Shown piece by piece: positions 10,161 to 19,274 of a stretch of 25,803 bases of DNA. The stretch comes from a virus (Duplodnaviria; Caudoviricetes). The position numbers were made by a program, and so were the translations under genes. Where the stretch lies: IMG/VR virus record IMGVR_UViG_3300025173_000004, positions 1 to 25,803 of that record; one strand, given 5' to 3'. Each line of letters starts with the position of its first letter. The first letter of the stretch is position 1. The notes below the pieces were generated by a model. The model saw only the letters and a list, made by a program, of their open reading frames with translations, did no database searches and was not told where the DNA came from.

Positions 10161-10613
10161 ATGACAAATGCTAAATTTGATGACGGCGCAACACTTGAAG
10201 GTTTACTATCAGCTAACCTAGATGACGTTGCAGACTTGCCTTCTTGGGCACTACCTCCTGCTGGCACTTACATTGCCAATCTGAGCATAGAAACTAAGAA
10301 GATAAACTTGAAAGATGCTATTGAGTTTAAGTACGTGGTAGCTGAAACAGTAGAGCTGGCTGACCCTAACGATACTAATCCAGCAGCAGGCTCTAGCTTC
10401 AGCATTGCTTTCCAGATAGGTAATCCTATCGGCTTGGGTAAGTTCAAGGAAGCTATCAAGCCTGTTATGAACTATCTGGGTACATCCAGCTATGGCGACG
10501 TGCTATCTGGTCAGGTAACTGGTATGCAGGTAGAGGTAACTCTTAAGCATCGTGCGGATAAGAAAGACCCAGACCGCGCTTATGCAGATGTTACAAAGCT
10601 GTCAGTGCTGTAA
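10161..10613 (+). CDS. Putative single-stranded DNA-binding protein (DUF669-like)
   Basis: LPPAGTYIA...VEVTLKHR...YADV beta-rich pattern; located next to the Sak4-like gene and upstream of the polymerase. Confidence 0.65.
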   Translation: MTNAKFDDGATLEGLLSANLDDVADLPSWALPPAGTYIANLSIETKKINLKDAIEFKYVVAETVELADPNDTNPAAGSSFSIAFQIGNPIGLGKFKEAIKPVMNYLGTSSYGDVLSGQVTGMQVEVTLKHRADKKDPDRAYADVTKLSVL

Positions 10614-10625
10614 GCACATGTAGAG

Positions 10626-10692
10626 AGTAGCATGTAGCTCTATTTAGGCAAGGAAGTGCTTACTTAGATAGAGCTATTTAGTGCATTCTACT
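10626..10692 (+). promoter_or_regulatory. Long interrupted stem-loop upstream of the polymerase gene
   Basis: TAGCTCTATTTAGG (10635-10648) pairs with CTTAGATAGAGCTA (10663-10676); outer stem AGTAG.ATG / CAT.CTACT; no U-tract. Confidence 0.6.
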
Positions 10693-10712
10693 AAAAACTA
10701 ATGGAGATAAAG

Positions 10713-12905
10713 ATGCGCTTGCTTTACATAGGAGAGAAGGATGATAGTAAGTTCACCTTCACGCTTAAAGATTTACTTGCTGGGAATCCTTGCACTGTTT
10801 ACTGTGGTGATGTACTAACAAAAGCAGAGTTACTTAATCCAGCTAAACGTGCAGGGGTTAGCGCAATACTGACTAGCAATACTAAGTTAGTAAAGCTGCT
10901 TACTGGTAATCCCAAAGCTACTGTGGATAAGTACGCTGGCAGCTTGTTGAAGGAAGATGGCTTGGAGGTGCTAGTAATTCCACCTCTAGAGCAGCAGCTA
11001 ACAACTTCTACTGGTAAGCACCTTATGGCTAGGTACATAAGCAAGCTGCTTAAGAAAGATGCTTGGTTTCACCAGACCGCGTTCACTTGGGAAATAGCTA
11101 CTGAGGAAACAGTCGGGGCATTGCTAGCTCGTTTTAGTACTGCTAAGTACATGGCAGTAGATATAGAAACTCGCAAGGATAACTTGCAGATAACCTGCAC
11201 TGGTTACTGTGCTGTCTGGCTTGGTAGTGATGGTAAGTACACCACTCATAGCATAGTGCTACCTATGGATAATGATTTCTGGGTTGCTCAATGCTCCTTA
11301 TTTAATGCCCTGCCAGTACCTAAGATAATGCAGAATGGGCAGTACGATGCCAGCTACTTCATCCGCTACGGCATACCGCCTACTAACTACATATTCGACA
11401 CTCTTAATCTATTTCATTGCTGGTACAGTGAGTTCCCTAAAAGCCTTGACTTCATAAGTAGCTACTGCCTCCGTGATTTCCAGTACTGGAAAGATGAAAG
11501 TGCTGAAGCTGCTAATCAAGTGGAGTACTTTCGCTATAATGCCAAGGATACTTGGGTTACAGCTAACTGCTTTCTAGCCCTAATGCTAGAAATGCCAGCG
11601 TGGGCTAGAGCTAATTACTTAACAGAGTTCCCTTTAATCTTCCCCTGCTTACATGCAGCACTGGAAGGCATAGCTATTGATTCCAAAGAAAGAGATAGGC
11701 TGACTGTAGTTGAGACAGCTAAGCTTGATAACTCACTAGCTGAATTACGCGCTTCTCTTGGTAGCCCTAAGTTCAACCCAAGCTCACCTGTTCAAGTTAA
11801 GAAGCTGCTTCTAGTGCTAGGAGTTCCTGCTAAAGATGCTACTAGCAGTGACGCTAAGACTTTAGTTAAAGCTTCTGTTGCTAACCCTTTTGCTGCTTGG
11901 TTCCTTGGTAGAATTGTACGCTACAGAGAAGCGAGAAAGCTTCTAAGCAGTTACCTAGAAGCTACACTGCTTAATGGCAGGTACATGTACTCACTATCCC
12001 CTAGTGGAACAGACACAGGTAGATTAGCTTCCCGAGAAAGTAGCTTCTGGTGTGGAGGTAATATACAGAATACTCCAGCAGAAGTTAAGAGCATGTATGT
12101 AGCTGATAAAGGCTGGCTCATGGCAGAGGTAGATTACAGCCAGAGTGAGGCTAGATGCGTAGCTTATCTTAGCGGTGATATGAATCTCATAACTGTTGTG
12201 GAAGGTAGCAGAGATTACCACGCAGTTAATGCTGAAATGTTCTTCGGAGTACCTTACGCAGAAGTTGTGGAAGCTGAAGCAGTAAGGAAGCGGGATAAGA
12301 CTACTACCTTTACTATCAGAGACCTCAGTAAGCGAGTCAATCATGGCGCTAACTACAACATGGGCGCAGGAGTTCTGCTAGATACTATGGGAGTAGAGAA
12401 TGTGCAGAGAGCTAAGAAGCTGCTTAAGCTGCCTGCGAACTGGTCGCTTAAGCAAGTCTGTGAGCATCTACTAGCCTGCTATGATAAAGCCTACCCGCAA
12501 GTAAAGAGTCGCTGGTATGATTCGATAAAGTACTCTATCCTAACTACCTCAATGCTGCGCAGTGCTTTAGGTTGGACTAGGTACTGCTTTGGCAAACCAA
12601 GCAACAGCAAGCAGGCTCTTAACAGCTACGTTGCACATGTGCCGCAGAATCTTAGTGTCAGCATAATCAACAAGGCTTTCATGTTAGTCTGGCAGCAGCT
12701 AGCATTGACAGGTAGAATTAGGCTGAAAGCACAGATACATGATAGCTTACTATTTCAGTACCGCGAAGGTGACGAGGAAGTTGTAGCTATAGTTGCTAAG
12801 TTACTGGAGATTCCAACTAGCGTTACTGGCAGTGACAACATTACCAGAACAATGCTTATACCTAATGATGTAAAACTGGGGCTAACAAGATGGCGGGAAC
12901 TGTAA
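10713..12905 (+). CDS. Family A DNA polymerase with 3'-5' exonuclease and a degenerate UDG-like N-terminal domain
   Basis: ExoI AVDIET, ExoII QNGQYD, ExoIII YNAKD; TGRLAS, motif A VDYSQSEAR, motif B RDLSKRVNHGANY, motif C QIHDS. GGAG at 10703-10706 favours ATG 10713. Confidence 0.95.
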   Translation: MRLLYIGEKDDSKFTFTLKDLLAGNPCTVYCGDVLTKAELLNPAKRAGVSAILTSNTKLVKLLTGNPKATVDKYAGSLLKEDGLEVLVIPPLEQQLTTSTGKHLMARYISKLLKKDAWFHQTAFTWEIATEETVGALLARFSTAKYMAVDIETRKDNLQITCTGYCAVWLGSDGKYTTHSIVLPMDNDFWVAQCSLFNALPVPKIMQNGQYDASYFIRYGIPPTNYIFDTLNLFHCWYSEFPKSLDFISSYCLRDFQYWKDESAEAANQVEYFRYNAKDTWVTANCFLALMLEMPAWARANYLTEFPLIFPCLHAALEGIAIDSKERDRLTVVETAKLDNSLAELRASLGSPKFNPSSPVQVKKLLLVLGVPAKDATSSDAKTLVKASVANPFAAWFLGRIVRYREARKLLSSYLEATLLNGRYMYSLSPSGTDTGRLASRESSFWCGGNIQNTPAEVKSMYVADKGWLMAEVDYSQSEARCVAYLSGDMNLITVVEGSRDYHAVNAEMFFGVPYAEVVEAEAVRKRDKTTTFTIRDLSKRVNHGANYNMGAGVLLDTMGVENVQRAKKLLKLPANWSLKQVCEHLLACYDKAYPQVKSRWYDSIKYSILTTSMLRSALGWTRYCFGKPSNSKQALNSYVAHVPQNLSVSIINKAFMLVWQQLALTGRIRLKAQIHDSLLFQYREGDEEVVAIVAKLLEIPTSVTGSDNITRTMLIPNDVKLGLTRWREL

Positions 12906-14131
12906 GCGAGGAAGTTAATTTATTCAACCTTTACTTAGACCAGTATGTAAATAACACTGAAAGCCCTACCATCTACCATAGATGGTGCTTGCTAGCTGCT
13001 ATCTCTGCAATGCTTGGCAGGAACTTTTACTTCCCTCTAGGGCATTTCACAATCTACCCTAATCAGTTTGCTATGCTGATAGGTGAGCCAGCAGCCAGAA
13101 AGTCTGGAGCTATTAAGATAGCAAAGGCATTGGTGCTAGCTACTGGCTTTGACAGAATAGCTGAGGGTAGGACTACTAAAGAGAAGTTCCTGCTTGACTT
13201 GTTCGGGGAGATTGAGGCAGAAGGTACTGGCTTAGACGCTTTGCTAGAAGCTGATAATGATTGCCCCCATGAGTTACTGGTAGCAGCTGATGAGTTTAAC
13301 AACTTCTGTGGAGCAGGTAACTTAGAGTTTTACTCGCTGCTAGGAGAGCTTTGGGACTGCCCTAAGAGTCACCCTGTACGCCTGAAGAACTCTAAGAGCT
13401 TCCTTATTAAGCAGCCTGTAGTTAATCTTATTGCAGCTAACACTCATGCTGGCTTTGCTGCTGCATTCCCACCAGAGATACTAGACCAAGGATTCTTAAG
13501 CAGGCTGCTGTTAATCTTTGCTAGCCCCACAGGTGTTAAGTTAACCATACCGCCACCACCTCCTGAAGAAGTCACAGCGTTGCTTGTTGCTAAGCTACAA
13601 GCAATAAAGCTCTATGTGCACGGAGCAGCTACAGTAACACCTGAAGCATCAGAAGCACTAGACTGGATTTATAAGAAGACTCCTGTGCTAGAAGATGCTA
13701 GGTTCAAGCATTACTCCTCCAGAAGATTTGACCACCTAGTAAAGCTAACTCTAATACATGCCGCAGCTAGGTTATCCACTAACATAACTGTAGCTGATGT
13801 GATTATGGCTAATACAGTCTTAACTTGGGCTGAAGCGGACATGCCGAAGGCACTAGGGGAATTTGGTAGAAGCAAGCATAACTCTGTATCTTCTAGAATA
13901 ATAGCTGTTCTTAGTGCGGCGAATAAACCAGTGACAATAACAGAGTTATGGAAGCAGACAAGTATGGATTTAGAGAAGTACAATCAGCTAGCAGACATAG
14001 TATCTGGGTTACTTCAAGCTGATAAGATACAAAGAGCGGGGGATGGATTTCTAGCAAAGCTAAGTATCAGAGTAGATACAGGCAAGTACTTAGATTTCTC
14101 CTTGCTGCAAGAGAGCAGGGATAGGCTGTAG
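12890..14131 (+). CDS. DUF3987 (YfjI-like) / MCM-like AAA+ ATPase, putative replicative helicase with C-terminal winged helix
   Basis: TESP..YH.W N-terminus, Walker A GEPAARKS, Walker B VAADEF, sensor 1 LIAANT, Arg finger FLSRLLLIF, sensor 2 helix RRFDHLVKL...ITVADV, and a wHTH-like tail. Confidence 0.8.
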   Translation: MAGTVSEEVNLFNLYLDQYVNNTESPTIYHRWCLLAAISAMLGRNFYFPLGHFTIYPNQFAMLIGEPAARKSGAIKIAKALVLATGFDRIAEGRTTKEKFLLDLFGEIEAEGTGLDALLEADNDCPHELLVAADEFNNFCGAGNLEFYSLLGELWDCPKSHPVRLKNSKSFLIKQPVVNLIAANTHAGFAAAFPPEILDQGFLSRLLLIFASPTGVKLTIPPPPPEEVTALLVAKLQAIKLYVHGAATVTPEASEALDWIYKKTPVLEDARFKHYSSRRFDHLVKLTLIHAAARLSTNITVADVIMANTVLTWAEADMPKALGEFGRSKHNSVSSRIIAVLSAANKPVTITELWKQTSMDLEKYNQLADIVSGLLQADKIQRAGDGFLAKLSIRVDTGKYLDFSLLQESRDRL

Positions 14132-14145
14132 CAGCAGTTAGTAAT

Positions 14146-17100
14146 CTAAGGGTGTGCAATATCTGCTACATACTCCCCTCCCATTAACCTAAATAAGCCT
14201 TCTGCTTCTGGGCTATTTAAGTCATCAGCAGCTTTGTTTATCTGGCTATTATTAGCATTCATAAACTGCCTCTTCATAAAGCTATTGAAGTTATCAGTAT
14301 CTCCCCCGGCTTTAACATAAGACCGCAGGAACTCAGAAGTATCAGGGGAGCTACCATTTCGCATAGCTATCCGCATGTTCTCTCCTACCTTAGCAATCCT
14401 ATCCGTTCTATCTGCTTTATAAGCTGTTTGCCTGTACAAAGCATCACTAGCCAAAGCATCATCTAAAGGCTTCCCGCCAGCAAGTCTAGCTCCCCAAGCA
14501 AAGATTGAGTAATCAGGGTTATTGTAACCAGCCATCAGAGAGCCTTTGCCTGTAGTCTGTCCACCTCCCATGATAGCACCAAGTCCGCTGATAGGTCTGT
14601 TAACCCCATTGTGCTCCATAGCGAAAGCTAGGGAAGGCAGTACTCCAGCACCACCACTAATATGTGTAGCTAAAGAAGCTAGGTTGCTGACAGTCTTAAC
14701 CGTGGCTGACCATAGTGCAGTATCCGCTGGGACTATTGGTATGATGCTTGCTTGCCGTGGATTTAAGTCACCCCTGCTGTACAGATTAACAGCTAAGTCA
14801 GGATGAATAAGTCCTAGCATGTTGCTACCTGCTCCGTAAAGCATCCATTTAGCTTCCTCGCTTCCGCCTACCGCAGTGTAAATATCTCTGTGCTTAGGGT
14901 TGCCATTAGCCGTACCTATGATATGCGTGTTAATAGCATTGAATGCAGGCAAGCCTTGTAGACCGTAAAGTGCTACTTGCATACCTGCCATAGTAGTAAG
15001 AGCAGCAGACTCGCCAGCACCTGCATGTTGGAACATACGCTGTAAGAAGTTTACATAGAAAGTCATAAAGACCCCTATGCTCTGTCCGATAGCTCCTGAG
15101 AACATAATAGGTCTTTGACTAGCTATGCTAGCTCCATGTACTCTAGTTACATGCTGGGTGATATAAATAGCTCCTTCTTCCTGAGAAGAAAGTATGCCTT
15201 TGCTAAGTGCTTTCTGTACATAGATGTCCATAGAGCGAGCAGCCATAAACTTGCTGATAGCATCTGCTGCGTTATTACCAGTCATGGTTCTAACTACTTC
15301 CATGCCAGCGTTAATCTTAGCTCCCCAACCACTTACACCTGTAGATGAATCATAAGCTAGGTTATCCATAGCATCCCGCAAGGCTTTAGCATCACCTACT
15401 CGTAAGCCATAGCGAATAAATCTAGCCATCATATCCTCACCACTTTCGTGTATGAAGCTATTAGTAGCTGCGTCCCATACTTGGCCTCCCTTGAAGTAGC
15501 TGATTACAGCTTCGCTAACAGACTCAACCAGTGAAGGCATGGAATCAGCGTGACCAGCTAGCTGCCCTAGCTTACCTGCCCCTGCCCCTTCCTTCTTAAG
15601 GATAGCTTTGTGCAAAGCTACTAGCTCCGTAGCATGAACAGTAGTGCCTATTAAGGTATTAAATGCTTGCAGCACATCACTGCCTAGCACAAGGAAGTTT
15701 AAGCCTGCATTGGCTTTAGCTATGTTAGTGCCAAGTGTTGGATTAGTTGGAAGCATGTCTCTGAACTTATACAGCATTCCTTTCTCGTAAGCATTACCTA
15801 TTCCCATATCCTGCACTGTTTTGTTAAGTGCAACAACTTCTGCCTCAAAGTCTCTAGGGTTAGTAGTTTCAAGCATGGCTAAGCCTGTCTTACGAACTTG
15901 CAAGGATAGCTTAGCAAAACCCTTGTTAAGGAACTCATTAGCTGCTAGGAACATTGGGTACTCTGCTTGCTTGCTTATATCAAGTGCCTGCTTAATCATA
16001 TCCGCAAAAGGATTAGCTACAGCACTGGCTGCGAAGGAAGCTGCACTGGTAGAATTACCTCCGAACTTACTTGTGCCTGTCTTCGTGAAGGAATCCCCCA
16101 TAACTTCCAGTTGCCTGAATGCCTGTGCGTACTTAAGCTCTACTGTATCTCGCACAGATTTATCAGACATCTTACGATGCCAGTCAGTTAAGTCGTTAAA
16201 GAATTCAGTGGCGTGTTGCTTGTCAATAGGGGGGAAAGCTTCATGCAGCTCTTTCTTAGATGCGATAGCATGGTCAATGGCACTATCATTCATACCACGG
16301 GCATACTCATAGTCGCCTTTAGCTTTATGAAAGTCCTCTACATCCTTCTTGTACTTAAAGTCATAGTTACTCTTAGGACTTCCTACGAACTCCATTCCTG
16401 GGAAGTCCCGCTGCAAGATTTTTACCTTAGCAGCTAAAGCTGCGGGACTAACAGCAGTCATAACACTGGTATGGGATTTCTGTGTTATGTTATCTGCTTG
16501 CCTAACAAATACGAAGAACGGGAATCTAGCTGTATTAACTGTAGGAGTGTACACTTGCTCCAGTCCGTACTGCTCCGCTAGGGTCATGGAGTTGTGCCCA
16601 GTGGTAGCTGCTGCCATAGTACTCTTAGCTCTGGCAGTCAAGTTGAGCTTAGTGCTAGTAGCAAGTAAAGCTAAAGCCTCCTCTGTTAGAGGGATGAATT
16701 CCTTAGCTGCTGCGTCAGTTGGATAATGCTGTCTAGAAGCAGCTTTCAACTCAGCCGCGAATTGCTTGCTCTTAGCAGCAGTTAGCTCCCCTGCTTTAGC
16801 AGCAGCATCTCTAGCTGCTAGTACATTGCTCCTAGCTGCTAGCAGCCCTTCGTTAATTGCTACATCCAGCCGCTTGATTCCTCCTGCCGCTAATACATAC
16901 TTATCCTGCTGACTAGCTAAATAGTTAGCCATGGTGATAAGCTGCCTGCCAGTGTTAAAGGTATCATCCTTCATAGCCTTTACGATGTGCGGATTAAGTG
17001 CATCTTCAGTTAATTCCCGCGAATTGCGCAGCAGGTTATTAACCATAACGCCTAAGTGCTGCATTGCTCCACTCAAGCCTCCAGTAGCTCCTTCTGTGCT

Positions 17101-19260
17101 ACCAATGAAAGACTGCCCAGTTTCACTAGAGCTGCTAGCAACCCTTATGCGCTCTAGTATGAGTTGTTCCGTAGGTGTGTTAGCCAGGCCTGGAATTAAG
17201 CCAATAGCTATGCTATTACGTTCCTCGCTAAACAGCTTGTTCATGTTATCAACGCGTAAGCTCTCTTCTGCAAAGGCTCTAGTTAGTCGTACAGGAACAC
17301 TGTAAAGAGCAGGGTTTGGCACTAAGTTACCCGCAGCATCCTTAACTACAGGGAATGGTGTACCATCAGGTAAGTGAGTAGGAATAACAGCACCATCCTG
17401 TACTACAACCTTAACAGGTACACTGGTATTCTCGCCTTCAACCCCCTCTAAGTACTTACGCACTGCTGTGATACGCTTGTTGCCATCAAAGGTAAGTGTG
17501 CCATCAGCTTTAACTACAAGTGTGGGGGCTTCCATAACTGACCCAGTTTCTAGCTTAGCAACTATCCTAGCCGTAACTTTACTCGAGACTACCTCATTGC
17601 GAAGTCGCAACAGTGTGTTAATATCTATGCTTGTAACATGGTCACCCATGAATAGCTTACTAGCTACTGACACATCATCAGGGATTGCGTAAGTAATGCT
17701 GATATGCCTAGGGGAAAGAAGGTAGCTAGACAGCTCATCCCCCTTTCTAGCTATCATGTTAGTAAACTCTGCCCCCGATGCAAACTCCTTAGTAACATTA
17801 AGGCGCAAAGCTATCTGCTCAGGAGTATGCGTAGCTATCAGCTTCTCGTACTGAGCCACCTTCTCCTCAAACAAAGCTATCTTAAGCTCGTCTACCGAAC
17901 TGTAGCGTTTGCCTCCAATAGTAACTACCTGCTTAACAAGCGCATTATCATCTAGTTGCAGTAACTTCTCCATAGCAGGTAAGTCATGTGCAGCCACCCT
18001 CAAGTTAATTGAAGGGTCTTTTGCTGCCCTTAACCAAGAAGCCTGTACTACTATATCATCAGCCTCCGCAAAGTTGCCTGAGGTGTTGATAGTCTTTACA
18101 GTACCTTTCTCTGGTATAAGTAACAGAGAGTCAGCATTGGTATGCACTAAAGTCTTAGGTGCTAAGGTATCACCAAAGTGCTTAGGAAGGCTAGCACCGG
18201 CAATGAATGAAGTGCCTGTATGCGTATCAAAAGTCATGGCAGTAGTACCCTCAAAAGCAGCTCCCCTGTTTACGCTAGCAGCAAGCCCAATAATATCACC
18301 TGCGTTAAGCGGCTTGCCCTCAGGGGTGCTATTAAGAAGCTTCTGTAACTTATCCACTACCTCTAAGTCTGTTGGATTAAGTCTGGTAAGCTCTAAGTGC
18401 ATCTGGGTTTCAATGGAAGCTTTAGCGGTTTCAAGCGTACCAGCAACTAGTGAAGGGTTAGCTCCATTAGATAAAGCTACTTCACTGTCTGCTTGCAACT
18501 TAGCTTTATGGGAGATTAGCGCACGCAGATTAGTTTCAGGTGCAGCAGTAGCTGCACCTAAGTCAGACAGAACTCTGATGCCAGAGGTAGATGCACTAGC
18601 TTCTGCACCAGCTTTCTTGATTGAATAAGCAGTTTTAGCTGCACTAAACACTCCTCCGATAGCACCGCCAAGAGCTATATTAGTAGCTATTGTGCTAGCG
18701 TAATCGCCATCAGTGAACTCACTGTAAACAGGAGAAGCGAAAGTAGCTGCTATAGCAGCTACTTCAAAAGCTGCTGCATCTAGTACGTTAGCTCCGAAAC
18801 CAGAAGCTACTGCCTTAAGACTGTTACCTGTAACTGAGCCGTAAACAGCTTCACCAGTAGCAGCCGCAGCCTTAGCTGCATCCCTAGCTCCTTGCAATGT
18901 GGAGTGAGGCAAGTTAAGGATAGCACTTAAGTTGCTTCCCTTAACTGCTTGAGCAGCACGCAATGCTCTAATACCCACAGCCCCAGGTACTAAAGAGCCA
19001 ACAACCAATCCAGTACCTTCTACTAAGTTAGGATTCCTGTCATAGAACTTAGCCGCAGTTTCTCCTGCATAGCTGCGAATCACTTCGCGGGTATCACTGG
19101 GTTCGTAAGCTGCATTGACCCCTAGCTTGTTGCCTACGGAAGCAACGCTATCTGCTACTGTGCTGACAGCGGACACAAGAGTGCCAGCAGCTAGCCCGTA
19201 GCTGCTTTCAAGGAAGTTAGGCTCTACTTCTTCAGCGTTGTATTGATTAAGTAATGGCAT
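14146..19260 (-). CDS. Large internal virion (DNA ejection) protein with an internal ParB/Srx-like domain
   Basis: 1704 aa, Ala/Gly-rich and helical; last and largest of three size-graded genes after the tail genes, as in podovirus ejectosome cassettes; FDGNKRITAV motif near residue 592. Confidence 0.75.
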   Translation of the reverse strand: MPLLNQYNAEEVEPNFLESSYGLAAGTLVSAVSTVADSVASVGNKLGVNAAYEPSDTREVIRSYAGETAAKFYDRNPNLVEGTGLVVGSLVPGAVGIRALRAAQAVKGSNLSAILNLPHSTLQGARDAAKAAAATGEAVYGSVTGNSLKAVASGFGANVLDAAAFEVAAIAATFASPVYSEFTDGDYASTIATNIALGGAIGGVFSAAKTAYSIKKAGAEASASTSGIRVLSDLGAATAAPETNLRALISHKAKLQADSEVALSNGANPSLVAGTLETAKASIETQMHLELTRLNPTDLEVVDKLQKLLNSTPEGKPLNAGDIIGLAASVNRGAAFEGTTAMTFDTHTGTSFIAGASLPKHFGDTLAPKTLVHTNADSLLLIPEKGTVKTINTSGNFAEADDIVVQASWLRAAKDPSINLRVAAHDLPAMEKLLQLDDNALVKQVVTIGGKRYSSVDELKIALFEEKVAQYEKLIATHTPEQIALRLNVTKEFASGAEFTNMIARKGDELSSYLLSPRHISITYAIPDDVSVASKLFMGDHVTSIDINTLLRLRNEVVSSKVTARIVAKLETGSVMEAPTLVVKADGTLTFDGNKRITAVRKYLEGVEGENTSVPVKVVVQDGAVIPTHLPDGTPFPVVKDAAGNLVPNPALYSVPVRLTRAFAEESLRVDNMNKLFSEERNSIAIGLIPGLANTPTEQLILERIRVASSSSETGQSFIGSTEGATGGLSGAMQHLGVMVNNLLRNSRELTEDALNPHIVKAMKDDTFNTGRQLITMANYLASQQDKYVLAAGGIKRLDVAINEGLLAARSNVLAARDAAAKAGELTAAKSKQFAAELKAASRQHYPTDAAAKEFIPLTEEALALLATSTKLNLTARAKSTMAAATTGHNSMTLAEQYGLEQVYTPTVNTARFPFFVFVRQADNITQKSHTSVMTAVSPAALAAKVKILQRDFPGMEFVGSPKSNYDFKYKKDVEDFHKAKGDYEYARGMNDSAIDHAIASKKELHEAFPPIDKQHATEFFNDLTDWHRKMSDKSVRDTVELKYAQAFRQLEVMGDSFTKTGTSKFGGNSTSAASFAASAVANPFADMIKQALDISKQAEYPMFLAANEFLNKGFAKLSLQVRKTGLAMLETTNPRDFEAEVVALNKTVQDMGIGNAYEKGMLYKFRDMLPTNPTLGTNIAKANAGLNFLVLGSDVLQAFNTLIGTTVHATELVALHKAILKKEGAGAGKLGQLAGHADSMPSLVESVSEAVISYFKGGQVWDAATNSFIHESGEDMMARFIRYGLRVGDAKALRDAMDNLAYDSSTGVSGWGAKINAGMEVVRTMTGNNAADAISKFMAARSMDIYVQKALSKGILSSQEEGAIYITQHVTRVHGASIASQRPIMFSGAIGQSIGVFMTFYVNFLQRMFQHAGAGESAALTTMAGMQVALYGLQGLPAFNAINTHIIGTANGNPKHRDIYTAVGGSEEAKWMLYGAGSNMLGLIHPDLAVNLYSRGDLNPRQASIIPIVPADTALWSATVKTVSNLASLATHISGGAGVLPSLAFAMEHNGVNRPISGLGAIMGGGQTTGKGSLMAGYNNPDYSIFAWGARLAGGKPLDDALASDALYRQTAYKADRTDRIAKVGENMRIAMRNGSSPDTSEFLRSYVKAGGDTDNFNSFMKRQFMNANNSQINKAADDLNSPEAEGLFRLMGGEYVADIAHP

Positions 19261-19274
19261 TTAGTTAGCTCCAG

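Noticed and set aside
10713-12905. Intein or intron in the polymerase, or a DpoZ/modified-base pathway
   Set aside because: Motif spacing is compact with no splice signatures, and no PurZ, dATPase or base-modification genes are seen in the window.
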